Below are positions 47,521-56,787 of a stretch of DNA of 64,000 nucleotides, one piece after another (positions within the stretch are counted from its first letter, which is position 1; each line of letters opens with the position of its first letter). The notes beneath the pieces are model-generated. The model was not told the DNA's origin, made no database searches, and worked only from the letters and a program-made list of their open reading frames with translations. The position numbers and the translations under genes are program-made. The DNA is from an uncultured Alphaproteobacteria bacterium (GTDB lineage: Bacteria; Pseudomonadota; Alphaproteobacteria; Rhizobiales; Xanthobacteraceae). The stretch spans positions 99,639 to 163,638 of the forward strand of contig CAVUSX010000019.1 in assembly GCA_963744275.1 (NCBI GenBank), in the 5' to 3' direction.

Positions 47521-48629
47521 CTATTGGCCGATTGGAGGCAGGCCGCCCTTGTAGAGGAAGCGCTGCACGCGCTGGCCCTGCACCTCGGCGGTGTAGATGT
47601 TGCCTTTGCTGTCGATGCCGATGTTGTGGAGATTTTCGAACTCACCCGGGCCGCGCCCCACGCGCCCGAAGCTGCCGACCACCTGCCCGTCGCTGCGGCG
47701 GAGCACATGGATCTGGCCGTTGGGGTCGTCCGAGGTGAACCAATAGGTCTGCCCCTTATCCGGCCAGAACACGGTCGAGCCGGTGACGCCCGGCGCGGTC
47801 AATTCACGCAAGACCGGGATTTCGCGGACAAAGGTGCCGTTCTTCTGGAAGATCTGAATGCGGTTGTTGAAACGGTCGGAAACCACCACTTCCCGTCGTT
47901 GGTTATCCTGATGCCGTGCACCGGATTGCCGAACTGCTGCGGCAGGACGTTCGGATCATAGGTGATCTTCTCGTCCGTCGGCGGCTTGCCATAGGCGCCC
48001 CAGGCGCGCTTGAACACGCCCGTGTCGGCGTCGAACACGACGACGCGATGATTGAAGTAGCCGTCGGCCACATAGAGCTCGTTGGTCTGCGGATCGACCA
48101 CCATGTCGGCGGCGCGGCCGACGCGCGTCTGATCGAGACTGTTGGTCTGCTTGGCGGACCTGCCGATCGACATGAGAAACTTGCCGTCGTTGGTGAACTT
48201 CAGGACCATGCCGTCGTCGTCGCCGTTGCCGGCGAGCCAGACATTGCCTTTGTAGTCGATGAACATGCCGTGCTCGTTTTGCGGCCAGTCATAGCCGTGG
48301 GCGGTCTTCGGTCCGCCCCACGCCTTGACCACGTCGCCCGCCTGGTTGAGCTCGACGACGGAGGGCGCGGTGTAGCAGCAGATCGACTTGTCGCCACGTT
48401 CGGCGCGCTTGTCGCGATCATTCACCGTACGCGGTCGCTGGCTGATCCAGACGTTGTCGTCCTTGTCGAGGAAAATGCCGCCGATCTGCCCGAAGATCCA
48501 ATTGTTCGGCAGCGGCTTGGGCCAGCTCGCATCAATCTCGAATTTCGGCGCCGGCTGCGCGACCGCAGCCGTCACCATGAATGTCAATGCGGCGGCGCTC
48601 GCGAGCACAATCGTCCGGGCAAGCTTCAT
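47521..48629 (-). pseudogene. Secreted NHL-repeat six-bladed beta-propeller protein, 1-nt frameshift near 47887-47890
   Basis: RBS AGGAGGAATA before the ATG at 48629, plus a signal peptide. The upstream ORF ends ...HGIRITNDGK. The next frame continues VVVSDRFNNRIQIF...GPGEFENLHNIGIDSKGNIYTAEV (NHL repeats). Confidence 0.7.
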
Positions 48630-48742
48630 GTATTCCTCCTTCGTGCGGCGCCGCGTTCGTCCGGCCGGCCGCTTCATCGACCAATACAGGAGAGTAGAAG
48701 TCCGGCTCCGTCATCCCGGGAAACAGCTCGAATTCCTGGGCT

Positions 48743-49882
48743 TCAATGAACGTAACCGCGTTCTCGATAATACTGCAAGGCGCCCGGCGCCACCGGCACG
48801 ACCGGGCTGTGCGCCACGAGGCGCGCATCGTAGTAGAACGGATCGCCGAACATTCGGAACAGCTCCTGATGCTCGTCGAGCGCCTTGGCAACCGCATAGG
48901 TGAAGCTGTCGGGGGCGTCGTCGCGAACATAGATCACGTGGGCCGAGCGCATGACGGTCGGGATCTGCCTGTCCACACCTCGCAGCAGCGCCAGCGGCGC
49001 GATCGCTCTGCCGTATCCCGGGACCTGTGCGAGACGGCCCAAGAGCGGCGCCGGTATGTCGAAAAAGATAAGATCATCGAGCTGACTGGCCTCATACCAG
49101 ACACGCTGCTCGGGGGTGTCGACCAGAAGCGCGTGGCCGACGAAGAGGTCCGCTGCGGCGCGTGGACGCCGCTCCGAGGTGCGAATAAAGCCGCCGCCGT
49201 TCGCCTTCAGCGCGTCCTCGGCGATGCCGTAATAGCTAAGAACCTCGTCGACCGCCGCATCGCGGTTGACGATCTCGATCCACGTCGGCTTGGTCCGGTT
49301 CTTGACTTGCGACAGATCGGTGATCCCGGATGTCTTGCTCGCCGCGATCATCAGAAAATTCGGTTGTTGCACAGCGGCGATGACGCGGTAATTCCGTCTC
49401 TGCCGGTTGTCCTTGGCGTAGGGGCCGACACCGTTCCATGCCGCGATCAGATTGATTTCGCTGGTGGCGCTGATGTCCGGGATCGCGTCCGGCGGCAGCT
49501 CCAGATAGGCCTTGGGGACATTGTCGGCCTCGGCGGGCCAAACCGGCTTGGTCTTGTCGGCCATCTCCCGCGGCCCGTAACTGGACCAGCAGACCCAGCA
49601 GATCTGTACGTCGTAGCCGGCGGGCTCGAGCGCCTCCTTGGTGACGGAGGCGAGGACGCCCCAAGGGCAGGCCTTGCAGGCCCCGCCAAAAAGGGGACGT
49701 TTGACGTCGATGCCTGTCGGACCTACGACGCTGCTCGGCGCAATCCCCGCTATTGTGCCCTCGGACGTGGTCCCGCCCGCCGCCGCCGGCGCTTCAGCCG
49801 CCAAAACATCCGCCCGCACCCAGGTGCAGCCGCAGAATATCAGGACAAGCGAGAAGACGCGGATCCAAGCGTTGAAGCCCAT
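48743..49882 (-). CDS. TAXI-family (TRAP-associated extracytoplasmic immunogenic) solute-receptor-like protein, orphan
   Basis: ATG at 49882 and a signal peptide. The C-terminal ...PVAPGALQYYRERGY resembles the TAXI ...HPGAxKYYKExG ending. No TRAP permease is adjacent. Confidence 0.55.
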   Translation of the reverse strand: MGFNAWIRVFSLVLIFCGCTWVRADVLAAEAPAAAGGTTSEGTIAGIAPSSVVGPTGIDVKRPLFGGACKACPWGVLASVTKEALEPAGYDVQICWVCWSSYGPREMADKTKPVWPAEADNVPKAYLELPPDAIPDISATSEINLIAAWNGVGPYAKDNRQRRNYRVIAAVQQPNFLMIAASKTSGITDLSQVKNRTKPTWIEIVNRDAAVDEVLSYYGIAEDALKANGGGFIRTSERRPRAAADLFVGHALLVDTPEQRVWYEASQLDDLIFFDIPAPLLGRLAQVPGYGRAIAPLALLRGVDRQIPTVMRSAHVIYVRDDAPDSFTYAVAKALDEHQELFRMFGDPFYYDARLVAHSPVVPVAPGALQYYRERGYVH

Positions 49883-50156
49883 GCTTGCCCCCCTGTCGAA
49901 TTCATCGACGGCGCGAAATCGCTCGCTGTGTTGGACTGCCTTCCAGCGTCGGCCGGCGGCTGCAAGTGCGCCACCTGCGATGACATCCTGTGACAACGGC
50001 TCGCCAGTGTACCCTACCACATCCCCCGAACAAGTTGGGCTGCCAGGCAGCTCAGGGTTACCGCCGGAACGGCCGCCGGAACGACTCCTCCCCGGACCGA
50101 AACGATGTAGCCTGATGACGGACGGAGCCATCGCAACCGGGGAAAGCGAGGGTGAC

Positions 50157-51100
50157 ATGCGTGTACGGCTGAAATTGTTTTTTGCACTGACCGCATGGGC
50201 GGGCGCGGTTGCGTCTCCCGCCATCGGGCAAGGGACGGCGCCCGCGGTTGCCACGTCAGGCGGCGCTGCGCAAAGCGCGGCATCGATCCCGGATTTCTCC
50301 GGCATTTGGGCGCATCCCGGGCTCGGCTTTGGCCCGCCAGCTCTCGGGGCCAGGCCCGGTCAGAAACAAATCGCGGCTGCCCTCCGGCGCGAGCAATTTC
50401 GATCAGCTGGTCGGCGACTACACCAATCCGATCCTCAAGCCCGAGGCCGCGGAGGTGGTCAAGAAGCTCGGCGAAATCTCATTGTCGGGCCGGGCCTTTC
50501 CGGACCCGGACAACAGTGCCTGCAAAATCCGCTGCCCTATATTTTCTGGAATTTCGATGTCCAGCTGCTGCAGCAGCCGGACAAGGTCACTCTCATCTAT
50601 GAGCACGACAACGACTTCCGCGAGGTGCGGCTGAACCAGCCGCATCCGGCAAAGGTGATCCCGTCCGTGCACGGCGATTCGGTCGGCCATTACGAAGGCG
50701 ATACGCTGGTCATCGACACCGTGGGGGTCAGGCTCGGGCCGTACCGGATGATCGACCGTTTCGGCACGCCGTACACGCAAGCCTTGCACGTGGTCGAGCG
50801 CTACCGTCTGATCGACTACGAGGCCACCAAGGAAGCGATCGCGCGCGCCGAGAAAGAATGGCCGCGCGCCGGCGGCACCGTCGATCCCAACTACCGGGGC
50901 AAGGGCCTGCAGCTCGAATTCACGGTGGAGGACCCCGGCGTCTTCACCATGCCCTGGTCGGCGACCATCACCTATGGCCGCGGCGCGAGCCCATGGGAAG
51001 AGCGCGTCTGCGCCGAAAATGTGCAGCACGACTATCAGCTGACAACTAGTTTTCCGACAAGGACGCGCATCTGCCGACCGCCGACAAGCCGGACTTCTGA
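50157..51100 (+). pseudogene. Secreted hypothetical protein distantly related to the 17234/33471 family, carrying three 1-nt frameshifts
   Basis: The reading frame switches at G-run 50346-50349, at 50513-50515 and at T-run 51050-51053. The reconstructed protein reads ...GFGPPALGPGPVRNKSR...LVGDYTNPILKPEAAEVVKK...DNQCLQNPLPYIFWNF...GHYEGDTLVIDTVG...CAENVQHDY...FSDKDAHLPTADKPDF*. Confidence 0.6.
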
Positions 51101-51359
51101 TCGGAGCGCGCCGCGCATGCACTCTCGCAAGGCCTTGGTGGTTTGTCGCGCCTGAGGAAATAGATTTCACTCTCCGACGGAAGCTTGCCCGGGCTTTCGC
51201 CCTGCTTTTCCGCCCTCTTTCCGCCCTGGCTCTCTTGCAAAACCTCCCCGATTCATTTATAAGCGGCACGTCCTCGCTCGAACCGGGGAGGATTTGCATG
51301 ATTACGTCTTGTTCGCATATCGCCTCCTCGCGTCCGCGGCCCATGCCGGATGCTCGCGT

Positions 51360-51379
51360 CGCCCGTTAGGGGCGTTTTT
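51360..51379 (+). terminator. Minimal intrinsic-terminator-like hairpin (possible attenuator) after a 23-codon mini-ORF
   Basis: CGCCC-gttag-GGGCG followed by TTTTT (51375-51379). The mini-ORF stop TAG (51367-51369) sits in the loop. Confidence 0.3.
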
Positions 51380-51521
51380 CGGCAGCATCGATCGGGCCCG
51401 CCCGCGATCTCCAACTTCCCAGTAAGTCACTGATTTCTTTAACGACGCTCGTGTTCGGCTGTTTTGCCGCCATGCGTCACCGGATGGAGTCGGCGTGTGC
51501 GTGAGCACCGCCGATGACGAC

Positions 51522-53323
51522 ATGACCGCTTCAATCAACAAGCGACCCGCTGCGATACGCGTGGTGATTCCGTTTGTGCTTCGCCAATGGCGCAATCAAC
51601 CGGCCCGTGCGCTCACGGTCGCCGGCGGCCTGTTGGGGGCGACGGTCGCGGACCTGTTCATGCCGATGTTCTCGGGCTATCTGGTCGACGCGCTGACGCT
51701 CGGCACGGCCGACCCGGCCGCCCGCCACGCCGCGTGGTCGGCCTTCTGCGCCATCGTTGCGCTCGGCTTGCTGTCGATCATCCTGCGCTTCGCCGGATTG
51801 CGGGCGATCGTGCCGTTCACGCTGCGGATCATGTCCGACGTGGCGCGCGACGCCTTCATGCGGGTGCAGCGCTTCTCGACCGACTGGCACGCCAACAGCT
51901 TTGCCGGCTCCACCGTGCGCAAGATCACGCGCGGCATGTGGGCGCTCGACCTCCTCAACGATACCATCCTGATGGCGCTGTTGCCGTCGCTGGTGGTGCT
52001 GTTGGGATCGGTGATCCTGCTCGGGCTGCACTGGGCCTCGCTCGGTCTCGTGGTCGCGCTCGGCGCCCTGATCTATGTATCGCTGACGGTCGTGTTCTCG
52101 ACGCGCTATATCGCGCCGGCGGCGCGCATCTCCAACGCCTGGGACACCAGGGTCGGCGGCACGCTGGCCGATGCCCTGACCTGCAACGCCGTGGTGAAAT
52201 CGTCCGGCGCGGAAGTGCGCGAGGACGCGCGGCTGGTGCGCGTGCTGAGCCGCTGGCGCGGGCGCGTACGGCGGACCTGGCTGCGCTACAACTACACCTC
52301 CACGGCGCAGCTCACGGTGCTGCTGTGCCTGCGCGCCTCGGTGATCGGCGGCTCGTTGCTGCTGTGGATGGCGGGCCGCGCTTCGCCGGGCGGTGTTACT
52401 TATGTGCTGAGCAGCTACTACATCATCCACGCCTATCTGCGTGATGTCGGCATGCACATCAACAATCTGCAGCGCTCGGTGAACGACATGGAAGAGCTTG
52501 TCGCGATCCATGACGAGGCAATCGGCATCGCCGATGCCGCCGATGCATGTCCGATCGACATCCAAGGCGGCCGCATCGTGTTCGAGGACGTGACGTTCCA
52601 TTACGGCGGCCATCGGGTGCCGCTGTACGAGGGTCTGTCAGTGGAGATCGGCGCCGGCGAACGCGTCGGTCTGGTTGGCCGCTCGGGCTCCGGCAAGACC
52701 ACCTTCGTGAAGCTGGTGCAGCGGCTTTACGATGTTCCGGCGGGCGGGTCCTGATCGACGACCAGGATATCGCGAAAGCGACCCAGCACTCGCTGCGCAG
52801 CCAGATTGCGATCGTGCAGCAGGACCCGATCCTGTTTCACCGTTCGCTCGCTGCCAACATCGCGTATGGCCGGCCGGGCGCCGGCATGGCTGCGATCGAG
52901 CAGGCCGCGCGGCTTGCCAATGCGCACGAGTTCATCCTACGCCTGCCCATGGGTTACGGCACGCTGGTCGGTGAACGCGGCGTCAAACTGTCGGGTGGCG
53001 AGCGGCAACGCGTCGCGCTGGCACGCGCGTTCCTCGCCGACGCGCCGGTCCTGATCCTGGACGAGGCAACCTCGAGCCTCGATTCCGAATCGGAGGCGTT
53101 GATTCAGCAGGCGATGGTGCGGCTGATGAAGGGGCGCACCTCGATCGTGATAGCGCACCGGCTGTCGACGGTGCGCAGTCTCGATCGGATTCTGGTGTTC
53201 GATCGCGGCGAAATCGTCGAGCAGGGTACCCACGCTGCGCTCACGGCGCGAACCGGCGGCATCTATCGCGGCCTGTTCGAGCGTCAGGTGACGGAGTTCG
53301 ACGGCCTCTCGGCGGCCGAATAG
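51522..53323 (+). pseudogene. MsbA-like ABC exporter (fused permease/ATPase), 1-nt frameshift near 52739-52748
   Basis: Six-helix TMD, then Walker [10 protein letters not shown]...RLYDVPAG. The next frame continues RVLIDDQDI..., [18 protein letters not shown] and a H-loop (IAHRLS). Confidence 0.8.
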
Positions 53324-53465
53324 TCGCGATGGTGTGCACGCCCACCGCGTCCGTGGACAATTCCTTCACGCGCTCTCCGGGTGGGGACGTCAGAATGAGG
53401 TTGTTGGTTCTCAAGCAGAGGAATCTCTGTACTGGCCGCGCGGATGCCGCGACTTCACTCGCGCC

Positions 53466-53732
53466 TCAGTGCCGGGTGACCCAGGCGCGCGCGGCGCGCT
53501 GCGCCGCGGCAATCTCGCTCTCGGACATTTCGGCTGCGATTTCGTGGCGCAAGAGGGCGGCGTCCTTGCTTCCGCTCATGGCCGCGATGTTGAACCACTT
53601 GTGGGCCGACACCATGTCGGTCGGCACCGATCGGCCGGTGGAATACAACATGCCCAATTGGAGGAATTGCTCCGCTCCCGGCATCTCGCCCAGGACTGCG
53701 TTTTCCGGGCTGGTGATTGTGCGGCTCGACAT
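53466..53732 (-). CDS. Small Sel1-repeat (TPR-like) protein
   Basis: ATG at 53732 with GGAGAGAG upstream. GAEQFLQLGMLYSTGRSVPTDMVSAHKWFNIAAMSG is a Sel1 repeat. Confidence 0.65.
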   Translation of the reverse strand: MSSRTITSPENAVLGEMPGAEQFLQLGMLYSTGRSVPTDMVSAHKWFNIAAMSGSKDAALLRHEIAAEMSESEIAAAQRAARAWVTRH

Positions 53733-54001
53733 CGGCTCTCTCCAAACATCGCATGCAGGAAGGAAGCAACATGCAAGACGACTCGGGCAAATCCTATGAG
53801 CATTTGGAGGGCCGAGAAAATTCCGTAATATCCCGTAGCGTAACATTCCCTAGCGGGCTGCGCGGCGGCGCTGCCCTCGGGGACGCTGCGCGACGACATA
53901 TCAAGTCAAAGTCGAGCGAAGGGAGCCGTATCCCGTTGCCGATGTTCGCCGGCGCGGCTTCGAGCCGACGTTTTCCGTCTCTTGAAGGCGGCCGGCGACG
54001 G

Positions 54002-54535
54002 TCAGCCGGGCGGGGCTGCCGACTGAGCTTGCGGTGCGCTCGAGCATTCCGCGCTCATCAATCCGCCGTCCGATGCGCCGGCCTCGGCATCGAGCCCCAG
54101 CAGCTCCCCGGCGGTGCGGCAAAGCTTGCTCCAGATCCGCAGGCCGAGGCCCACCGCCTTGGGCACCGCGACGTGGCAGACCGCGATCTTGCGAACGTCC
54201 CGGACCACCTGCCAGACGCTGGCGCTGCCGGCCGGAAAGAACGCGGTATCGCCGGGACCCAGGCGGCGCTCGGCGCCGGATTGGTCGGTGATGATGACCT
54301 CGCCGGAGAGGATGTGGGCCATCTCGTCGACCTGGTAGTGCCAGCGGAAGCGGCCCTTGGTGCAGGACCACGCGATCACCGTCATGGCGCCGTCGCGGCT
54401 GTGGGCGATGGCGGTCGCCCGCGCCTGCGGAGCGCCGTCGAGAACCCATGCGGCCGGGAAAGGAGAGGAGAAGAGCTCGACTGTGGCGGGATTTGCGGTG
54501 GTGACGTGATGTGACGCTTGCGACACTTGCGACAT
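54002..54535 (-). CDS. Cupin-domain protein (DUF861/EutQ-like)
   Basis: GRFRWHYQVDEMAHILSGEVIITDQSGAERRLGPGDTAFFPAGSASVWQV is a single cupin barrel. Confidence 0.65.
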   Translation of the reverse strand: MSQVSQASHHVTTANPATVELFSSPFPAAWVLDGAPQARATAIAHSRDGAMTVIAWSCTKGRFRWHYQVDEMAHILSGEVIITDQSGAERRLGPGDTAFFPAGSASVWQVVRDVRKIAVCHVAVPKAVGLGLRIWSKLCRTAGELLGLDAEAGASDGGLMSAECSSAPQAQSAAPPG

Positions 54536-54758
54536 GGGGCCCCCCAATCAACGCGGTCGCGAAGATTGCCGGATAGAGCCTTAAGAATGGTTATCCTCCG
54601 CCCCTATTTTACCTCCGGGGCCGGTCGCCGGGCTTGACCCCTCCCGCCAAATCAGACTATTCGCGAAATTGAAACTGGCGAATTGCGCCTCGATGCCGGG
54701 CTCGGCGCTAGCGCAATCGCACCCCCCGCCCCAAAATCCCGAAATAACAACGAGAATT

Positions 54759-54805
54759 CCATTGTTCTTTACAATTTACAATGGGACTGTTCAAAAATTG
54801 GAACA
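54759..54805. promoter_or_regulatory. AT-rich divergent control region with two inverted repeats
   Basis: CCATTGT (54759-65) / ACAATGG (54778-84), enclosing tandem TTTACAA repeats. TGTTC-N8-GAACA lies at 54788-54805. This is the only strongly AT-rich patch in this part of the window. Confidence 0.4.
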
Positions 54806-54870
54806 AATCTTGATTTTGGTACGCGGGGCGCCTACAAGGCCGGGAGCCGTCGCGCCCGGAAAGCCACCCC

Positions 54871-55743
54871 ATGCCCTCTGCCCACGACATGTTCGCCTCC
54901 GCCCCCTTCGTGGTCGGCAAGAGCGTGCCCTCCGCCGCCGCGCCGCACATACCGGCCGAGGAGGCCCTGTGTCCGGTCGTCTCCCACGATTGGGTGAACT
55001 CCGAATACAAGCATCTGGTCGTGCAGGCGTCCCCGAAGGCGCTCGCCGTCAAGCCGGGCCAATTCTTCAATCTGCTGTGCCCGTCGCCGGACGTGGGCGA
55101 GCTGTGGCTGCGCCGTCCGCAAAGCGTCTACCGGATCGACCGCGGGCAGGGCCGCATCGAGTTCCTCTACAAGTGCGTCGGCCGCGGCACGCGCGGGCTC
55201 GCCACGCTCCCGGTCGGGGGTGAGCTCAACATGGTGGGGCCCCTGGGGGTGGGCTTTTCCCTCGATCCGCGTGCCAAGAGTGTCGTGGTGCTGGGCCGCG
55301 GCGTCGGGCTCGCCACGCTTGCCCCGATCTCGCAGCTCGCCGGCGACAACGGGGTCGCGGTGACCGCGATCCTGAGCGCGCGCAGCGCCGAATTCGTGAT
55401 GGCGGACGACCTGTTCGGCAAGGTCGGCGAGGTCGTCTGCGTGCTCGATTCCGACGGCTCGAGCGCGGTCGAGAACGTGGAGGCGATCCTGCAGCGGCTG
55501 ATCCAGCAGGGGAGGGCGGATGCGTTCTACACCTGCGGCTCCAACCGCCTCATGCAATTGATGAAGCGGCTGGGCCGCCAGCACGGCATCCCGGGCGAGG
55601 TCGCCATGGAGCAGATCATGGCCTGTGGGCTCGGCCCCTGCTACGTGTGCGTGAAGACCTTCGAGGTCGGAGGCGAGAAGGTGCTGCGGCGGGTCTGCAT
55701 CGAAGGCCCGGTGTTCGATCTGCAGGAGGCGGTCGGATGGTAG
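54871..55743 (+). CDS. PyrK-like FAD/[2Fe-2S] electron-transfer subunit (dihydroorotate dehydrogenase B-type partner)
   Basis: Ferredoxin-reductase-type fold (RRPQSVYR, GPLGVGF, VVVLGRGVGLATLAP). C-terminal Cys cluster MACGLGPCYVCV...RVCIEGPVF. Confidence 0.75.
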   Translation: MPSAHDMFASAPFVVGKSVPSAAAPHIPAEEALCPVVSHDWVNSEYKHLVVQASPKALAVKPGQFFNLLCPSPDVGELWLRRPQSVYRIDRGQGRIEFLYKCVGRGTRGLATLPVGGELNMVGPLGVGFSLDPRAKSVVVLGRGVGLATLAPISQLAGDNGVAVTAILSARSAEFVMADDLFGKVGEVVCVLDSDGSSAVENVEAILQRLIQQGRADAFYTCGSNRLMQLMKRLGRQHGIPGEVAMEQIMACGLGPCYVCVKTFEVGGEKVLRRVCIEGPVFDLQEAVGW

Positions 55744-56693
55744 ATATGAGGGTCAAGATCGGGAGCCTCACGCTCGCGAACCCGATCATGCCGGCCTCGG
55801 GCGCTTTCTCCACCGAGCTCGCCCAGGTGATGGACATCAACCGGCTGGGCGCGCTGGTGACCAAGACGGTGTCGCGCGAATTCCGCATCGGCAATCCGCC
55901 CCCGCGCGTGGCCGAGCTCGAAGGCGGCATGATCAACTCGATCGGCCTGCCCGGCAAAGGGCTCGACTATTTCCTCGATCACCAGCTGCCGGACTACAAG
56001 CGCTACACGCCCCCGACCGTGGCCAACATCACGGCGACGACCGCCGACGATTTTGCCGCCATGGCGCGCGCCGTGACGCGGCCTGAGGTCGACGCCATCG
56101 AGATGAACATCTCATGCCCGACGCGCGAGCCGGGCGGCGGCAATTTCGCGCTGCACGAGGACCACACCTACGAGATCGTCTCCCGCGTGCGGGCGGCGAC
56201 CGACAAGCCGCTGTGGGCCAAGCTCTCGCCCAATGCGGGCGAGATCGATCTGGTGGCGCAGGCGGCGGAGCGGGCCGGCGCCGATGCGCTCACCATCTCC
56301 AATACGCTGCTCGGGCTCAAGATCGACACGCAGACCTTCAGGCCGATGATCGGCAACGGCTATGGCGGGATTTCGGGGCCCGGCATCAAGCCCATCATCC
56401 TGCGCATGGTGCATCAGTGCGCGCGGGTGGTGAAAATCCCCATCATCGGCTGCGGCGGCATCGTCAAGGTCGAGGACGTGGTGGAGTACATGCTGGCAGG
56501 CGCGAGCGCGGTGATGATCGGCTACCTGACGTTCCGCAATCCCTCCGGCATGATCGCGATCATCGACGGGCTCGAAGCCTGGTGCGGCAAGCGCGGCTTC
56601 GCCCGCGTCGCCGACTTGACCGGCGCCATGAAGTTCGAGAAACCCCCCCCACCCTGGTCGCCGCCGCCGCGCCGATCGGATAGACTCTCGTAG
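55737..56693 (+). CDS. Class 1 (1B-type) dihydroorotate dehydrogenase-like catalytic subunit
   Basis: The ATG overlaps the PyrK-like stop. NPIMPASGAF, GALVTKT, NSIGLPG, EMNISCP (class-1 catalytic Cys), GGISGPGIKP, IIGCGGI. The C-terminal reading is uncertain because of a C8 run at 56643-56650. Confidence 0.8.
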   Translation: MVDMRVKIGSLTLANPIMPASGAFSTELAQVMDINRLGALVTKTVSREFRIGNPPPRVAELEGGMINSIGLPGKGLDYFLDHQLPDYKRYTPPTVANITATTADDFAAMARAVTRPEVDAIEMNISCPTREPGGGNFALHEDHTYEIVSRVRAATDKPLWAKLSPNAGEIDLVAQAAERAGADALTISNTLLGLKIDTQTFRPMIGNGYGGISGPGIKPIILRMVHQCARVVKIPIIGCGGIVKVEDVVEYMLAGASAVMIGYLTFRNPSGMIAIIDGLEAWCGKRGFARVADLTGAMKFEKPPPPWSPPPRRSDRLS

Positions 56694-56766
56694 CCCGCAT
56701 GGAGCGATAGCGAAATGCGGGAGCAGCATCCCGGATTACGCAAGCGCTACCAATCCCGACGCTACA
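56690..56766. repeat. REP-type element (GTAGCCCGCATGGAGCG...), second arm degenerate
   Basis: Same family as 920-981 and 57841-57974. Contains the stop codon of the upstream gene. Confidence 0.65.
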
Positions 56767-56787
56767 CCAGCACAGTAACCAGACATC

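Noticed and set aside
51298-53323. The mini-ORF plus ABC exporter as a RiPP/bacteriocin precursor-exporter pair.
   Set aside because: There is no modification enzyme, no peptidase (C39) domain on the exporter and no immunity gene. The peptide has no recognisable leader or core features. An attenuator interpretation is more economical and is itself weak.
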